From NCBI RefSeq assembly GCF_009914755.1, contig NC_060947.1: 64,000 nt of DNA; one strand, given 5' to 3'. Below the pieces are notes generated by a model. It made no database searches. It was not told the DNA's origin and saw only the letters and a list, made by a program, of their open reading frames with translations. Both the position numbers and the translations under genes were made by a program. Source of the stretch: the human T2T-CHM13v2.0 reference genome, Homo sapiens. Shown piece after piece: positions 14,851 to 28,520 of the stretch (positions are counted from its first letter, which is position 1; every line of letters starts with the position of its first letter).

Positions 14851-17779
14851 TATATATAGAGCTGGAGGCACCCAAGCTCTCTTTCTATGTAGCTCCAACT
14901 GGAGGCTGGAATATACATATAGAGAGAGGTATAAATATACCTCTCTCTATATATTTTATATATGAATATATATTATACTTCAGCATATGACTTCAAGTTT
15001 GAACTATGTGTCAGAATTATTCTGACTCCCCCTTGAGCTTTGAATAAATACATATTATATATATAAATATTATATATATATATATCCTTTCTCTCTCTCT
15101 CTTTCTCTCTCAATCCTCCACATTAAAAAAATAAAAGTTTAACTGTGATGAATATATTCTAAACACATTTTAAGTGCATATCTTCATCCTACAATGAAAA
15201 ATGACTTCTGAAATAAACTAATTTTATACCTCAAATTTTGTTGGAATTTGCCCAATTTGTGGAGATTTTCCAAGTAATTCAATGGAGATTAAGCAGTTTT
15301 TCTTTGTGAGACTGTTACTAGACAACTATAACAATAATGGTTTTTTTTCAGTGTTTTGGTTAAACTATTGGTAACATAAGGTCAAGCTCTGATATCACTC
15401 TTTTTTTATCAATGACTTCCAACTAAGTGGAGAAGTTTTGTTGCGTGGACATTTCTTTACACTGTGTAGCTGTTACGTTTGATAGGTCTACCTATGAAGT
15501 GCCAGGTTTTTATTAGGGGACATCTTAAATATTTGTTAATTAAATTTTATAGTTAGAAAGTACTTTTATCAAATATACCATTTTAACTTAGAAAACCTGA
15601 CATTTTGGCAAATACATGAGGCAATAAAATGAAACTTTCAATGTTACTCTTTACTTCAGGACCCTTCCATTCTTCCCCTCTGGGCTCATGCAATTAGAAA
15701 ATGACATTGCAAATTGTGCTTTTGTTCATATTTTGGAATTTTGAGTATTAGTGTAATGGTTGGCATATCTATATGGGAAAATATATGTTCTCCTATAAGT
15801 TTTACTTTCAAACTTGACAATTTATCTTTGATGAAATTATCAAAATGTGTGTTATGAAGAACTAGAGAAATTGATGAACAAGTATTCTCCTTTGAGCTTA
15901 AGGAGCAGAGTTTAGTTGGAAACATACACTGTAAAATGTATAAGTACAATCGAGAGTGGTAAAACAATATAGGATAAAGATGAGCAAAGAATGTGGAAGA
16001 CAAAACAGTAGAACTGAAACAAAATGGAACTAAACTTCTGTGAAAGAACATGAAAAAGTCACACTAAGGTGAATTTGTATATGGATGTCTAGAAGATAGG
16101 TGAGCTGAAAAACTATTTGAAAAGTGGACCATTAAAGTCTGAACTATGGGGCACAAGACATTTTGAAAAATATGTATACATTTTATTTTAAAAGGGGGAT
16201 AATTAATATGACTATAATAGCAATGTAACTTTTTTGTAACACTATTCAGATTAAAAAACAGAAAGCTAGATTCTGATGGCATGATTGTTTACATAATAGA
16301 AATATGGTAGGTGTGATAGTTTCTCATAAGAAACCCCTTTCTTTTCCTGTAAAAGGAAAACACCCTGAAACATTGAGAGATGCTTTGGAAGGAACACAGA
16401 GAGAGAGAGATTGATTTTATATCATGAAAAGCAATATGCTATAGTGGGCAATTTTTTCTTTACCCTAAAATATTTGAGTATACATACATCCTATAATTAT
16501 TTCAGGAGGTAGAAACAGTCTCGTTAAAGCAATGATCTTATTCAAAATAGTAACAGTAGAGAAGGAGATTAAGTGCCACCATAAGAGGCTCATAATCAGT
16601 TAAAATTCTTTGTCTCCTAGCAAATATGTTGAAAGAAATACCTTGAAATCTCAAAGCACAGAGTATTCATCAGTGTTCTTCAGAGAAACAGAACCAATAG
16701 AGAGGGATTTGTTATAAGGTACTATCTCACACAATTATAGAGGCTGAGGAATCTCGTGATATGCTGTTTGCAAGCTTTAGACCCAGGAAAGCCAGTGGCA
16801 TAGCTCAAAGGCCTGAGAGCTGGAGTGCCAATGATGTAGATTCCAGGACTAATCTGAAGGCTTAGGAACCAGTAGCACCGAAGGTGGCAGATTGATGTCC
16901 TAGCTCAAGCAGTCTGGCAGAGGGAAGGATAATCCAAGCTTCCTCCACTTTTTTGTTCTATTCAGGTGCTCAATGGATTGGATGATGCCCACACATATTT
17001 GGAAGGGCCTTATATTTCATTTAGTTCATCAATTCAAATGCTAATCACTTTCCAGAAACAATCTTATAAACACAAAAATAGTTTTTAACCACATATCTGA
17101 ACATTCATGGCCATGTCAAGTTGACACATAAAATTAACTATCAGAAGTCTACCCCTTGTCAACTTGGTACCCATATCCATCTCAAATAAAGACAATAGCA
17201 ATATCATAATTCTGCCTAACATAATGCAATTATCCTGAATACATTGAAAAATGCACTAACCTCTTCCCCAGAAGAGGAGGTAAAATCTTTGAGTGATGTT
17301 TACTTTTCCTGATATTCCTTAGCTTAAATGCTATGATATAAGATTAACAACACTAGGAAACTTTTACATAAAGTCTATTCATCTTATGTTACTTGATAAG
17401 ACAAAAGAGAGGGAAGAAAACAAATATATTTGCTGTGTATATGCACATGAACATACACACACACAAATGCATTCTTAAAAACCTAAGAAAATACTCATGA
17501 TGATTAAACCCCTCAATTCTCTAACTGGCCCCATGGTCATATCTGTTATTTATAACTACTTTCTTCCACTACCCATTGTGTATTTCCTTTGCCTTCAGCA
17601 AGTACATCAGCTGGTCATGGTTGTTTACCTGGTGAGGTTAACCAAACCTTCCTTCCTGACAGGTCTGCATTATGAGCAGTCCTGCCTGGATTAGGTTGTT
17701 CAAACATTATATGGATCTTCATCATAGGGTATGGTAACACTAAGACACCCTAAGGGATTTTCTGTATTTCAAGCATACT

Positions 17780-18560
17780 CTTTATTGTCCCCATTGTGGA
17801 GTAGTAGTCAAATTTTGCTTTGGTAATCAAAATCAATTACCTCACCCAGCACAGTAACTTTCTTTCCCTGTTGATTCAGAGGCATGAGTAGTCATAAGTG
17901 GCTGAGTGACAGTCTTAACTTTCATTCTAATGAAATGATTATTGTGTCTCCTGGTAGAAGGGTTCCTCCCTTTGGAACTACGTCCTCTGGGCCAGCAGAG
18001 TATAATAGGGCAGTAACAGGAAGCAACATTTTTGCTAGTGGGTCACAGGGGATAATGGTGAGTGCTGCCACTCTCATTTTCACACCTTGATTCCTGGACC
18101 TGTGAATTCTGGCTATGGGACAAATAGCACCAAATGTTACCAACTGACAGAGCACATATAAAGCCTTCTGGAAAACCTTGCCCCACCCCTGCAAAGTCTT
18201 GACACCCAGCTGGTACTGTAATTGTGTCTTCAAAAGGCCACTTATCTATTTTATCAAGCTAGCTGCTTCAGGATGGTGAATAACATGGGCCTATTGCCAC
18301 TCTTCGTTTGCTATGAAGTGAGTTTCTTGATAAGAGGCAATGCTGTGTGGAATATTATAATGGTGGATCAAGCATTCTATAAGCCCACAGATTGTAGTTT
18401 AGACAAAAGCACTGCATGCAGGAAAGGCAAATTAAAAACTGTAGTAAATGCCTACTCCAATATAAACAAAATATTTCCCTTTCCATGACTGAGGTGGCCT
18501 AATGTAATCAACATGTCACTAGGTACCATTGGCTGATCACTCTGGGAAATGGAAGTATAT
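17780..18560 (-). pseudogene. ERV-L pol (integrase C-terminus/dUTPase region) remnant
   Basis: ORF 17922-18233 KTQLQYQLG..TLQGWGKVFQKALY...PIARIHRSRNQGV...LLPGDT resembles HERV-L pol; disrupted. Confidence 0.75.
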
Positions 18561-20149
18561 TGAGAACTCAATGTTGATCTGTGCTGCTGAAATATTGAAT
18601 CCCGATAGGAAAGGCTTAGAGAAATATTGACAACATAAATTATAGTGTATCAGGGTCCTTCCTGGAGAAGATATAACCTTTTAATTATATAAGGGGTTCT
18701 GGGTCTGTAAACTGGCCCAATTCTGGAAACTGATTGAGGGGCTATGATTCTATACTTTAATGATTCAAGTTAGACTTTTGTTCATTTAACCTAGAACTTT
18801 CCTTCTTATATAAATCAGGTAAGAAGATAGTAGGCTTCCTATCTATTTCACTTTTCAAATATCATGATTGACTAGCCAATGTCATAGGTATACATCAGTC
18901 AGACTATTCTGATTGCTGCTTTTACTTTGCTGTCCATTAGGGTTACCATGACAACCCTGCCTTTGGTGGTTGATTGCCAACACTTCACCCTTGTTGCCTC
19001 TGGAATACATTTACTCCCATTGCATTTAGTTTTTCTAATCGAATTGCTGTAGTTTCCATTGTAAGGTCTATCCCGCAGAGAAAAGCGATCACAGAGCCCT
19101 TCATAGATAGTGGAGTTTCCCCAAAAATTTATTTCTCAAAGTGGTGGTGAAAGGTATAACTTCTGGGCTGTCCCAGTGTGGGTGAGTAAGTACTAAATGA
19201 AAAATCCACTCTTAACATTCAATTTTCTCTAAGCCTCTTAATCCCTTCCTCTACATTACACCAAAGGAGGTAGGCATTTTTGGTTCACTCAAAGTGGTCA
19301 ATATTTTGGTTCCTATCTCAGCCAATCATTAAAAAAACTGCAAGAGTAATTTTTAACTCCCTGAACTGCAACATTAAATGCAGAATCTCTGTTAAGTGAG
19401 CCTATATTAATAAATTTGGCTTAATCCAATTTTATGTCACTTCCACCATTATCCCGTAACCTCCATATTTATTTCCACACATATTTCCTGATTCATGTCT
19501 GTATTAATTAGAAAAGTCAAGTAGTTTCTGGAAGTGCACACCTCCTCATTGGTCACACTTTGTACCTCATCATTAGTGGCCTGGTGGTACCTGAGTCCAG
19601 TTACAGGTCTATTCGCAAATAAGGGTAAAATAGATGGATCATGAAGAGAAGCAACATTTTCTGGTGTGGCAATTGTCTCAGGGGAGGTAATTACTGTTTT
19701 TTTTTCAGGTAATGCAGAGTTAATCCACTCATGCAGGGGTGGAAAGGCTGATACCACTGGGGGTGTGGATGATGTTGCCACTTGGAGTGGAGATACTGCT
19801 TCTGCTTGGAGTAGGGAGGCCACTTATGCTGAGGTTAGGAAGAACTGTTCCACTGACAAAACTATCATCGGAATTTAGAAGCTCAGTTTCCCCAGTATAA
19901 TCAGCCATTCCACATGTCCCCATTCCAACTTACAAGATGCCATTTTTTTCCCTAATTTTTTTTACTACTTTTACAATACACACCCTGTGAAGCTGGTTGG
20001 GAGTTCAACTTGAATTGTAATTCAGACAATTGCAGGATGAGATTCTGAGTTTGATTTTCAGCAACATCAGCTCTGTGGCTATAGAAGATAAAAGTTTCTT
20101 TCAAGACACACATAGAAACCTTCAAGTCATGTATGCAGCACATGAGGTG

Positions 20150-20465
20150 GTATATATAAATATAGATATGCTTAATATGCATAATATATTTATGTATATT
20201 TCAGGGATTTGATATATATGATATATATTAGTATATCATATATGTGATATATTAAATATAAATATATATCAAATCCCTGATATATATTTAATATATATCA
20301 TTTTGTAGACATACATATATACATATGGATATATATTATATATAAATATATACCTATATGCATATATAAATATATGCCTATAAACATATATAGTACATAT
20401 AAATATATACCTATAAACATATATAATATATACATATATACATATATACATACATAAATATATTT
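20150..20465. repeat. (TA)n-rich expansion inside ERV-L gag
   Basis: Directly visible. Confidence 0.9.
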
Positions 20466-21529
20466 AACCACATTAAACCAGTGACATTTGAACAACTAAC
20501 TGACTTTATCATATTTCTCAGTTTTCTGTAAATATTCAAAAGTATTATAAACATAGTTATCAAGCTTCTTGTTTCTTATAAGTGCTTAATCAAGAGTATC
20601 CAATACAAATATTTTGTATGTCTCTATTACCAATTTATGCTGTGGACTATCAGTGCTTTCTCTACTACTGGAAATAGAGTCACTGGAATATCTAAGTTAT
20701 ATCAGATTAGGAAGCCAATTCCAGAAACTCTAGATCAATACAGAAATGCATGTTTAGAATTTTTTTTTCCTCTAGAATACTCCCAGTACCAAAATCTGCA
20801 TTTTTCAGGGTTTTTCAGAAAAATTGAATCAGTAGCATAGCTAGCTAGATAGATAAGTAAATTAGATTTGTTGTAAGACATTGTTTCACATAATTATGGA
20901 GGATGAAAATTCTCATGCTATGTCATCTGCAAGCCAGAGACTCAGAGAAGCCTGTAGTTTAGTTAAAAGGCCTTAGAGTTTAAGGGCTGATGGTTTAGGT
21001 CTTAGTCTAAAGTGTGAAGGCTTAAGAACCAGTAGTTCCCAGGACAGAAGATTGTCATTCCAGCTCAAGCATTGTGGCAGAGGAAGGAAGGATACAACCT
21101 TCTTTCACTTTTGCCTTTTTGTTTTATTCAGACTCTCAAAGGATTGGATGATGCCCACATGCAATGGGGAAAGCCATCTGCTTGACTCAGTTAACCAATT
21201 AAAATGCTTACCTCTTCCAGAAACACCCTCACAGACACATCCAGAAGTAATGTATAATCAGATGTCTACATCCTAAGGCCATGTCAAGTTGACATAATAT
21301 CATGCATCACACCCAATGTCTTATAGTAATATACATTTGTTCAGAAGTGTAATACAAATTTAGTCACAATAAAAATGTTAGCCTTAATAGCCCCAGTGTG
21401 AAAAAATATTATTTAATAATTCAAGAGTTTAATTTTAAATATGTAAAATTATTTTTTAAAAAATAAATTATTAAAACTAAGATTTTTACCATAGTTAGTA
21501 TCTGAGAGGCACTGGGTTAACAAACCTTT

Positions 21530-21690
21530 GGTGCCAATGCTCATTTAATCTTCATGGCAATCCTGCAATGTTATTCTTATTCTTATTTGACTCCAATTTT
21601 ATAGATGATGAATACTTAAGTACAGATAATTTAAGTAATTTGAATGAAGGATCAGAGCCAATAAGTCCCTGCTCCTAATTACTTTGCTAT
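21530..21690 (-). mobile_element. MIR
   Basis: ctcatttaatcttca...ccaattttatagatgatgaa...ttaagtaatttg core. Confidence 0.65.
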
Positions 21691-22566
21691 GTAACCAGAC
21701 TCTATGCTTATGACATTTATATTATTACATTCAAGTTAAATAAGGAGTATATTAAACCTAACCATTCCCAACTGTTTTTTCCCTTCATTTACTCATTTAA
21801 TTCAATAGAGATGTAGGTATGGAATACATCTCACTTGGAACATGGAGTATGTTTTTGGAAAATGATAGCACCATTTATTTCTGAAATAATTACATTTAAA
21901 ACAAAGCTTAGAAAATTGTTTCAGTCATATATTAGACTGTAAACAGATGTGTAACAAGGACAATTTACCCTGGTTCATATTCTGCTAAAATTGATAAATA
22001 TTTGACTTATATCTGGAAATTTAACTCAAGTATTAAATATAGTTGTTGTACAATTTGTTTGCACTTTTCAGTAAGACTTAAGGTGAATGCAAATCTTAGC
22101 TCTAGGAGTTCTGCCACTTTCTTTTTTCGATGTCTAGACAGAACTCATAATGCCTATTTAACTATGTTTCATATGTTAGGAAAGGAAAAACAATCTCTCT
22201 TTCCCTCTATAGAAGAATGTTATAAGCATTAAGAGATTTTTAAAAAATATATTTGATATATGCAAAGTAGACTTTATGGTAGGCGTTCCTGTATTTTCTT
22301 TAACATTCCAGTAGAAGAAACAATCTAAATTGTCAAGATGCTTTATGCTGCTAAGTCAAATCAAATAAAAATTAATTTCTACTTCCTATTGGATGTAATT
22401 TTTGATCAAAAATACTCCTACGTTTTGTAGGGATAGATGATTTGGAAATATAATTTACTGAGCAATCTAAAATATACTTGAACGCACATCTCTGTGAATT
22501 TTTGATAATATAGGCATAATTATAAAAGTGGTATAATATAGTTTCAGGACATTATAACAAGCTAAG

Positions 22567-23642
22567 TTTTTTTTTTTTTAATAATTTCAAACTTTCATTT
22601 TAGATTCAGGGGGTACATGTGTAGGTTTGTTACTTGGGAATATTACATGATGCTGAGATTGGTGGTACAATAGATCCTATCACCCAGGTACTAAGTATAG
22701 TACCCAATAGATTGTTTTTCAAAGCTTGCCTCCTTCCTCTCTTCCCACTCTAGTAGTCTGCAGTGTCTATTGCTGCCATCTTTTTGTGCATGAGTACCCA
22801 AAGTTCAGCTCCCTCTTATAAGTAATAATATGCTGTATTTGATTTTCTGTTACTGCATTAATTTGCTCAGGATTATGGCCTCCAGCTGCATTCATGTTGC
22901 TGCAGCTGATGTGATTTCATTTCTATGGCTGCATAGTATTCCACGGTCTAAACGTACCACATTAAAAAAAAATTCCAATCCACCATTCATGGATACCTAG
23001 TTTGACTCAATGTCTTTGTTACTGTGAATAGTGCTGTGATGAACATAAGAATGCATGTGTTTTCTTTTTTTGATAGAATGACTTATTTTCTTTTGGATAT
23101 TTACCTAGTATTGGGATTGCTCGGTCAAATCATAGTTGTGTTTTATGTTCTTGGGGAAATCTGCAAATTGCTTTTCACAGTAGGTGAATTAATTTACATT
23201 CCCACCAACAGTATGTAAGCGTTCGCTTTTCTTCACAGCCTCACCAACATCATCAACATCTGCTGTTTTTTGACTTTTTAATAGTAGCCATTCTGATTTG
23301 TGTGAGATGGTATCTCATTGCGGTTTTGGATTACATCTCTCTGATGATTAATGATATTAAGTATTTTTCATGTTTGTTGGCTACTTGTATGTCTTCTTTT
23401 GAGAAGTATCTGTTCATGTCTGTTGCCCATTTTTAATGGAGTTATTTGATTTTGCTCATTCAACTCTTTAAGTTTTTTATAGATTCTGGATACTAGACCT
23501 TTGTTGGATGCACAGTTTTTGAATTTTCTCCCATTCTGTAGGTTGTCTGTTTACTCTGTTGATAGTTTATTTGTTGTGCAGAAGCTCTTCGGTTTAATTA
23601 GGTTCCAACTGTCCATTTTTGTCTTTGTTGCAATTGCTTTGG
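22567..23642 (-). mobile_element. L1PA16/L1PB-like 3' fragment
   Basis: Poly-T, then ttttagattcagggggtacatgtg...tgatgctgag...; continues into antisense ORF2. Confidence 0.9.
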
Positions 23643-24416
23643 ATACAGCCTAAATGTTTCTGTTTTTGCATATACCCACAGAATTTGAAACATGTAATTT
23701 CTTTCTTTTCCTTTTTTATTGCAAACTAAAAATAATCTGACAGATAAATGATTGTTCAAGTCCAGATGATTTAAAAAAATATATATATATAGCCTTCTTA
23801 ATTAGCAACAATAATGAAAAAGGGTTAAAATAACACAAAATCTTGTAATTATTTTTCATTTGGAAATTTCAAACTCCCAAAAGATGAATAAAATTCAGTT
23901 AGGGCTCATTACAAGCACAACCCATCCAGTGAGAGAGATTGCAATATTGGTACATTAACTTTGGTCATTTTTGACTCAGTAAATAATGATCTACTTAGAA
24001 CTGTTACTAGGTACATCCACAATTTAATAATAATAATACACACACATATTTACAATAAATATTTATTTTAGCAAAAAAAAATTGTGACAAATAAGAGTGA
24101 AGAATACAATGAAATTTCTATGAAGTTTTGCTTCAGTTTTTGATTATGCTTTTTGATCACATGAAAATTGCATTAATATATAAAAAGATAAGCATGAGAA
24201 TTCATCATTGCTGACAAACATTTCTGATGAAACTAAGTTGATATGCATTTATTCTTCATAGTTGGTAAAATCTAGGCCTTAATTTACTTTATATCATTTA
24301 ATAAAGTATTTTTAATTCTAATTGGAGCACTTAAATGATAAAAAGAGATAGATATTTGACTTTGCTTTACCCAGAATTCTTTTTAAGGTTTATGATATTT
24401 TTTAGAAAAGAAATAT

Positions 24417-24570
24417 AGCTGGACCCAGTGGCTCATGTCTGTAATCCCAGCAATTTGGGAGGCTGAAGCAGGATGATCACTTGCGTCCAGGAGTTTGAGA
24501 CCAGCCTGGGTAATACAGTGAGACCCCACCTCTAGTATAAATTAAAAAAAAATTTAAAAAGAATAAAAAT
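24417..24570 (+). mobile_element. FLAM_C / free left Alu monomer
   Basis: Single monomer (cagtggctcatgtctgtaatcccagc...gagtttgagaccagcctggg..gtgagaccccacctct) plus A-rich tail. Confidence 0.85.
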
Positions 24571-24609
24571 AAGAGTAAATATAATTTAAAATTCCTCCTT
24601 TAAATATAT

Positions 24610-24660
24610 ATTTTTAATTTTGATTTTTGTGGGTACACAGCAGGTGTATATATTTATGGA
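24610..24660 (-). mobile_element. L1MA 3' tip
   Basis: tttttgtgggtacacagcaggtgtatatatttatgg. Confidence 0.6.
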
Positions 24661-25284
24661 CTATTATTTTGAAAGTCAAATGAAAATTTTATCATTTAAA
24701 CCTTAAGAAGCTTTAATATAAGTCTCAGATTTTCAAATAGGTATCTGAGAATATACATGTGATTTTATTTCTTTTAGAAAATAAAGCAAATAAAACAGAG
24801 TAAACACAAAGGAGGATCAACTAGTTGAAAATGTTTATTATACCTTATCCAGAACGTCATGCCAGGTACATAAGCTGATATTTTGAATACAGCTAGTATA
24901 AACTGACTCAAATGTAATTTTCTTCAAGTCATTCAGTTTAATAAGTTATTATGATTTAGATTGGCATTTCACTGTTACCCACTCTATGTAGTTTTCAGAA
25001 ACCTCCATTAATTAACTTTGGTTACTCTGAAAATTATTAGAAGAGAAACTCATGTCTTCTTTGTACATTGTGGGTTACACAGTTCCGTGTCCATTACTTC
25101 AACCTTGTCTTTTAACTTACATATCTCCTCAGAATTTATTTGCACTTGCTAATTTTTATTTTGGGTTTGTTCTAAAGCTGCTTTCCTCCAATAACCTATC
25201 TTTTACTAAATCTACTTCACAGTCATTACATCATATATTCTATTCACACTTACATTTTGTATGGCTTTCCCCTTGCACATAGTA

Positions 25285-27590
25285 TTTTTAATTAAAATTT
25301 TCACTTTGGAGTAGTTATAAATTCACATCCAGTTTAAAAGAAATAGTACAACACCATTTATTAAATAGGGAGTCCTTTCCCCATTGCTTGTTTTTGTCAG
25401 GTTTATCAAAGATCAGATGGTTGTAGATATATGGTATTATTTCTGAGGCCTCTGTTCTGGTCCATTGGTCTATATATCTGTTGTGGTACCAGTACCATGC
25501 TGTTTTGGTTACTGTAGCCTTGTAGTATAGTTTGAAGTCAGGTAGTATGATGCTCCCAGCTTTGTTCTTTTTGCTTAGGATTGTCTTGGCTATATGGGCA
25601 TTTTTTTTGTTCCATGTGAAATTTAAAGTAGTTTTTTTCTAATTCTGTGAAGAAAGGCAATGGCAGCTTGATGGGGATAGCATTGAATCTATAAATTACT
25701 TTGGGCAGTATGGCCATTTTCACGATATTGCTTCTCCCTATCCATGAGCATGGAATGTTGAGAAAATTGGCTAGCCATATGCAGAAAACTGAAACTGGAT
25801 CCCTTCCTTACACGTTATACAAAATTAACTCAAGCTGGATTAAAGACTTAAATGTAAGACCCAAAATCATAAAAACACTGGAAGAAAACCTAGGCAATAC
25901 CATTCAGGACATAGGCATAGGTAAAGACTTCATGACTAAAACACCAAACGCAATGGCAACAGAAGCCAAAATTGACAAATGGGATCTAGTTAAACTAAAG
26001 AGATTCTCCACAGCAAAAGAAACTATCATCGGAGTGAACAGGCAACCTACAGATGGGGAGAAAATTTTTGCAATCGATCTATCTGAGAAAGGGCAAATAT
26101 CCAGAATCTACAAAAAAACAAATGTACAAGAAAAAAATAAACAACCCCATCAAAGAGTGGGTGAAGGCTATGAACAGACACTTCTCAAAAGAAGACGTTT
26201 ATGTGGCCAACAAACATATGAAAAAAAGCTCATCATCACTGGTCATTAGAGAAATGCAAATCAAAACCACAGTGAGATACTATCTCACGCCAGTTAGAAT
26301 GGCGATCATTAAAAAGTCAAGAAAAAACTGCATGTGAATTTACAATTACTTCACAGTGAAAATCTTAACAGAGGAGAGGATGTGGAGAAATAGGAATGCT
26401 TTTACACTGCTGGTGGGAGTGTAAATTAGTTCAACCATTGTGAAAGACAGTGTGGTGATTCCTCAAAGATTTAGAACCAGAAATACAATTTGCCCAGCAA
26501 TCCCATTACGGGGTATATCCCCAAAGGATTATAAGTCATCCTACTATAAAGGCACATGCACACGTATGTTTATTGCAGCACTGTTCATGATAGCAAAGAC
26601 TTGGAACCAACCCAAATGCCCATCAATGCTAGACTAGATAAAGAAAATGTGGCACATATACACCATGGAATACAATGCAGCCATGAAAAAGGATGAGTTC
26701 ATGTCCTTTGCAGGGACATGGATGAAGTTGGAAGCCATCATTCTCAGCAACCTAACACAAGAACAGAAGACCAAACACTGCATGTTCTCACTCATAAGTG
26801 GGAGTTGAACAATGAGAATGCATGGAAACAGGGAGGAGAACATCACACACTGGGGCCTGTTGGGGAATGGGTGGCTACGGGACAGATAGCATTAGGAGAA
26901 ATGCCTAATGTAGATGACGGGTTGATGGGTGCAGCAAACCACCATGACATGTGCATACCTATGTAACAAACCTGCACATTCTGCACATGCATCCCAGAAC
27001 TTAAAATATGATAATAATAATACAGAGAGATCTTGTACACTTTTCAGCCAGTTTTCCTCATTTGTAACATTTTACATAGAGTCAAATAACACAACCAGAA
27101 TATTGACACTGAAATTATTTCTTCATGCTTATAAGTTTACCATTTTAAAAATATCATATAATTATGCAGTGTATAACCCTGGGGGATTTTATTGTTTAAT
27201 TCAGCCTAATTCATTTGAAATCCATAAAGTTGTTGCATGCATCAATAGATTATTTCTCTGTATTGTTGAGTAATATCCCATGTGCCACAGATTATTTAAC
27301 CATTTATCCATTGAAAAATATCTGATTTGTTAACTCAGTACTAGTAACAGTAAAGCTGATATAAACATTTGTGTACAAGTTTTTGTATAAATATAATTTT
27401 CATTTTTTGGATAATATGGAAATTGCATATTTAGTTTATAAGAAACTGTCAAAATAATTTGCAATGTATGTGTGCCCTTTTATATTACCAAGAAAAATAT
27501 ATGCGTAATCTAGTTCTTTTACATTCTAACCAGTATTGACATTGTCACTTTAAAAAAACCATAGCCATTTTGATAGGTATTTAGTAATAT
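25285..27590 (-). mobile_element. Old L1MC/MD 3' fragment split by an L1PA insertion
   Basis: aattcacatccagtttaaaagaaatagtaca (to 25350) continues as aataatacagagagatcttgtacac (from ~27016). Confidence 0.7.
25349..27020 (+). mobile_element. L1PA7/8-like, 5'-truncated and 5'-inverted (inverted part 25349-25759, sense part 25756-27020)
   Basis: Antisense ORF2 switches to sense ORF2 at tggaatgtt|gagaaaattgg. 3' UTR gatagcattaggagaaat..gatgacgggttgatgggtgcagcaaacc. Approximate TSD aata(g/a)taca. Confidence 0.9.
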
Positions 27591-27915
27591 CCCACGAGAC
27601 TGAATAATTAATAAAGAACAGATTTATTTCTCACAGCTCTGGAGACTGAAAGTCCAAGGTCAAGGGGCTCACATCAGGCAAGGACTTTTTTTCTGTGTCA
27701 TTCCATGGTGGAAGGCAGAATGGCAAGAGAGTGCAGGAGCAAGAGAGAAAGGGTGTGGAACTTACCACTTGTTCACAAAATCACTCCCCTGATAACTAAG
27801 CCATTTGTGAGGGTTCTGCCTAATGACCCCTTGAGCGTCCCACATTTCAATGCTGTTGCACTGGAGATTAAGCTTCCAATACATAAACTATGGAGGACAT
27901 ATTAAAACCACAGCA
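27591..27915 (-). mobile_element. MST-type (MSTC/D) LTR fragment
   Basis: atttatttctcacagctctggagactgaaagtccaagg...ggagattaagcttccaatacat...aaaccacagca. Confidence 0.8.
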
Positions 27916-28157
27916 ATTACTAATATTGACACATTCTTAGTGTTAACTATTTTCAAAATGAAAATTGGTTAGAAATTTTTAAATGAAAAATTAAAATGTT
28001 TAAGCTTGAATTTGTTTGGATATTATACTTATTTTGATGTGGTTTGAAAATATATATGTAGAAAATGCAAACAATTGATCTAGTTTTGAAATAGAACTAT
28101 TAGGAGCAGACTGTTACTCAGAGAATAGAACCAGAGATCTGTGGGAACTTGAAAGAG

Positions 28158-28520
28158 GCAATATTTATTGAGTGCCTACTTCATGTCAATCATTGTTCTA
28201 TGCACCAGGGTTTATCCACTGAACCAAACAGACAGAAATACTTACCTTCATGGAACACCATATTAATGAGTATTGTAAACAAATAATATTTATAAGTAAA
28301 ATATGTATTATATTTAAATCATTGAGTACTAAATGAGAAAAAATAAAGCAATGAAGGATAATATAAAATTATTATGTGGATAGTCATCTATGGAAAAAAT
28401 CTTTTAGGCAGAAAAAATAGCCATTTTAAAGATTCTTAATAGCTAATATGAAGTTGAATGTAAGTGTCTGGAGTTCCTTGGAAAGCTCATGGCTGGTAAT
28501 ATAAATGTAACAGTCACTAA
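28158..28520 (-). mobile_element. L2 fragment
   Basis: atatttattgagtgcctact...tgttcta...aacagacagaaat..ccttcatgga. Confidence 0.6.

Larger units (their letters stand above)
16662..21311 (-). mobile_element. ERV-L provirus with two MLT2 LTRs (16662-17143, ~20797-21311), internally deleted
   Basis: Homologous MLT2 LTRs (cagagaaacagaaccaatag...gtcaagttgaca). Internal ERV-L gag/pol remnants total ~3.65 kb. Confidence 0.88.

Noticed and set aside
15686-16282. 121-aa and 72-aa minus-strand ORFs in non-repeat DNA
   Set aside because: Low-complexity composition from AT-rich DNA, no recognisable domain and no exon support
16657-21316. TSD for the MLT2/ERV-L provirus
   Set aside because: Flanks cacag/cccaa match only 3/5; not claimed
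25701-26249. Longest ORF (182 aa)
   Set aside because: L1 ORF2 fragment fused across the inversion junction and frameshifted; not a gene
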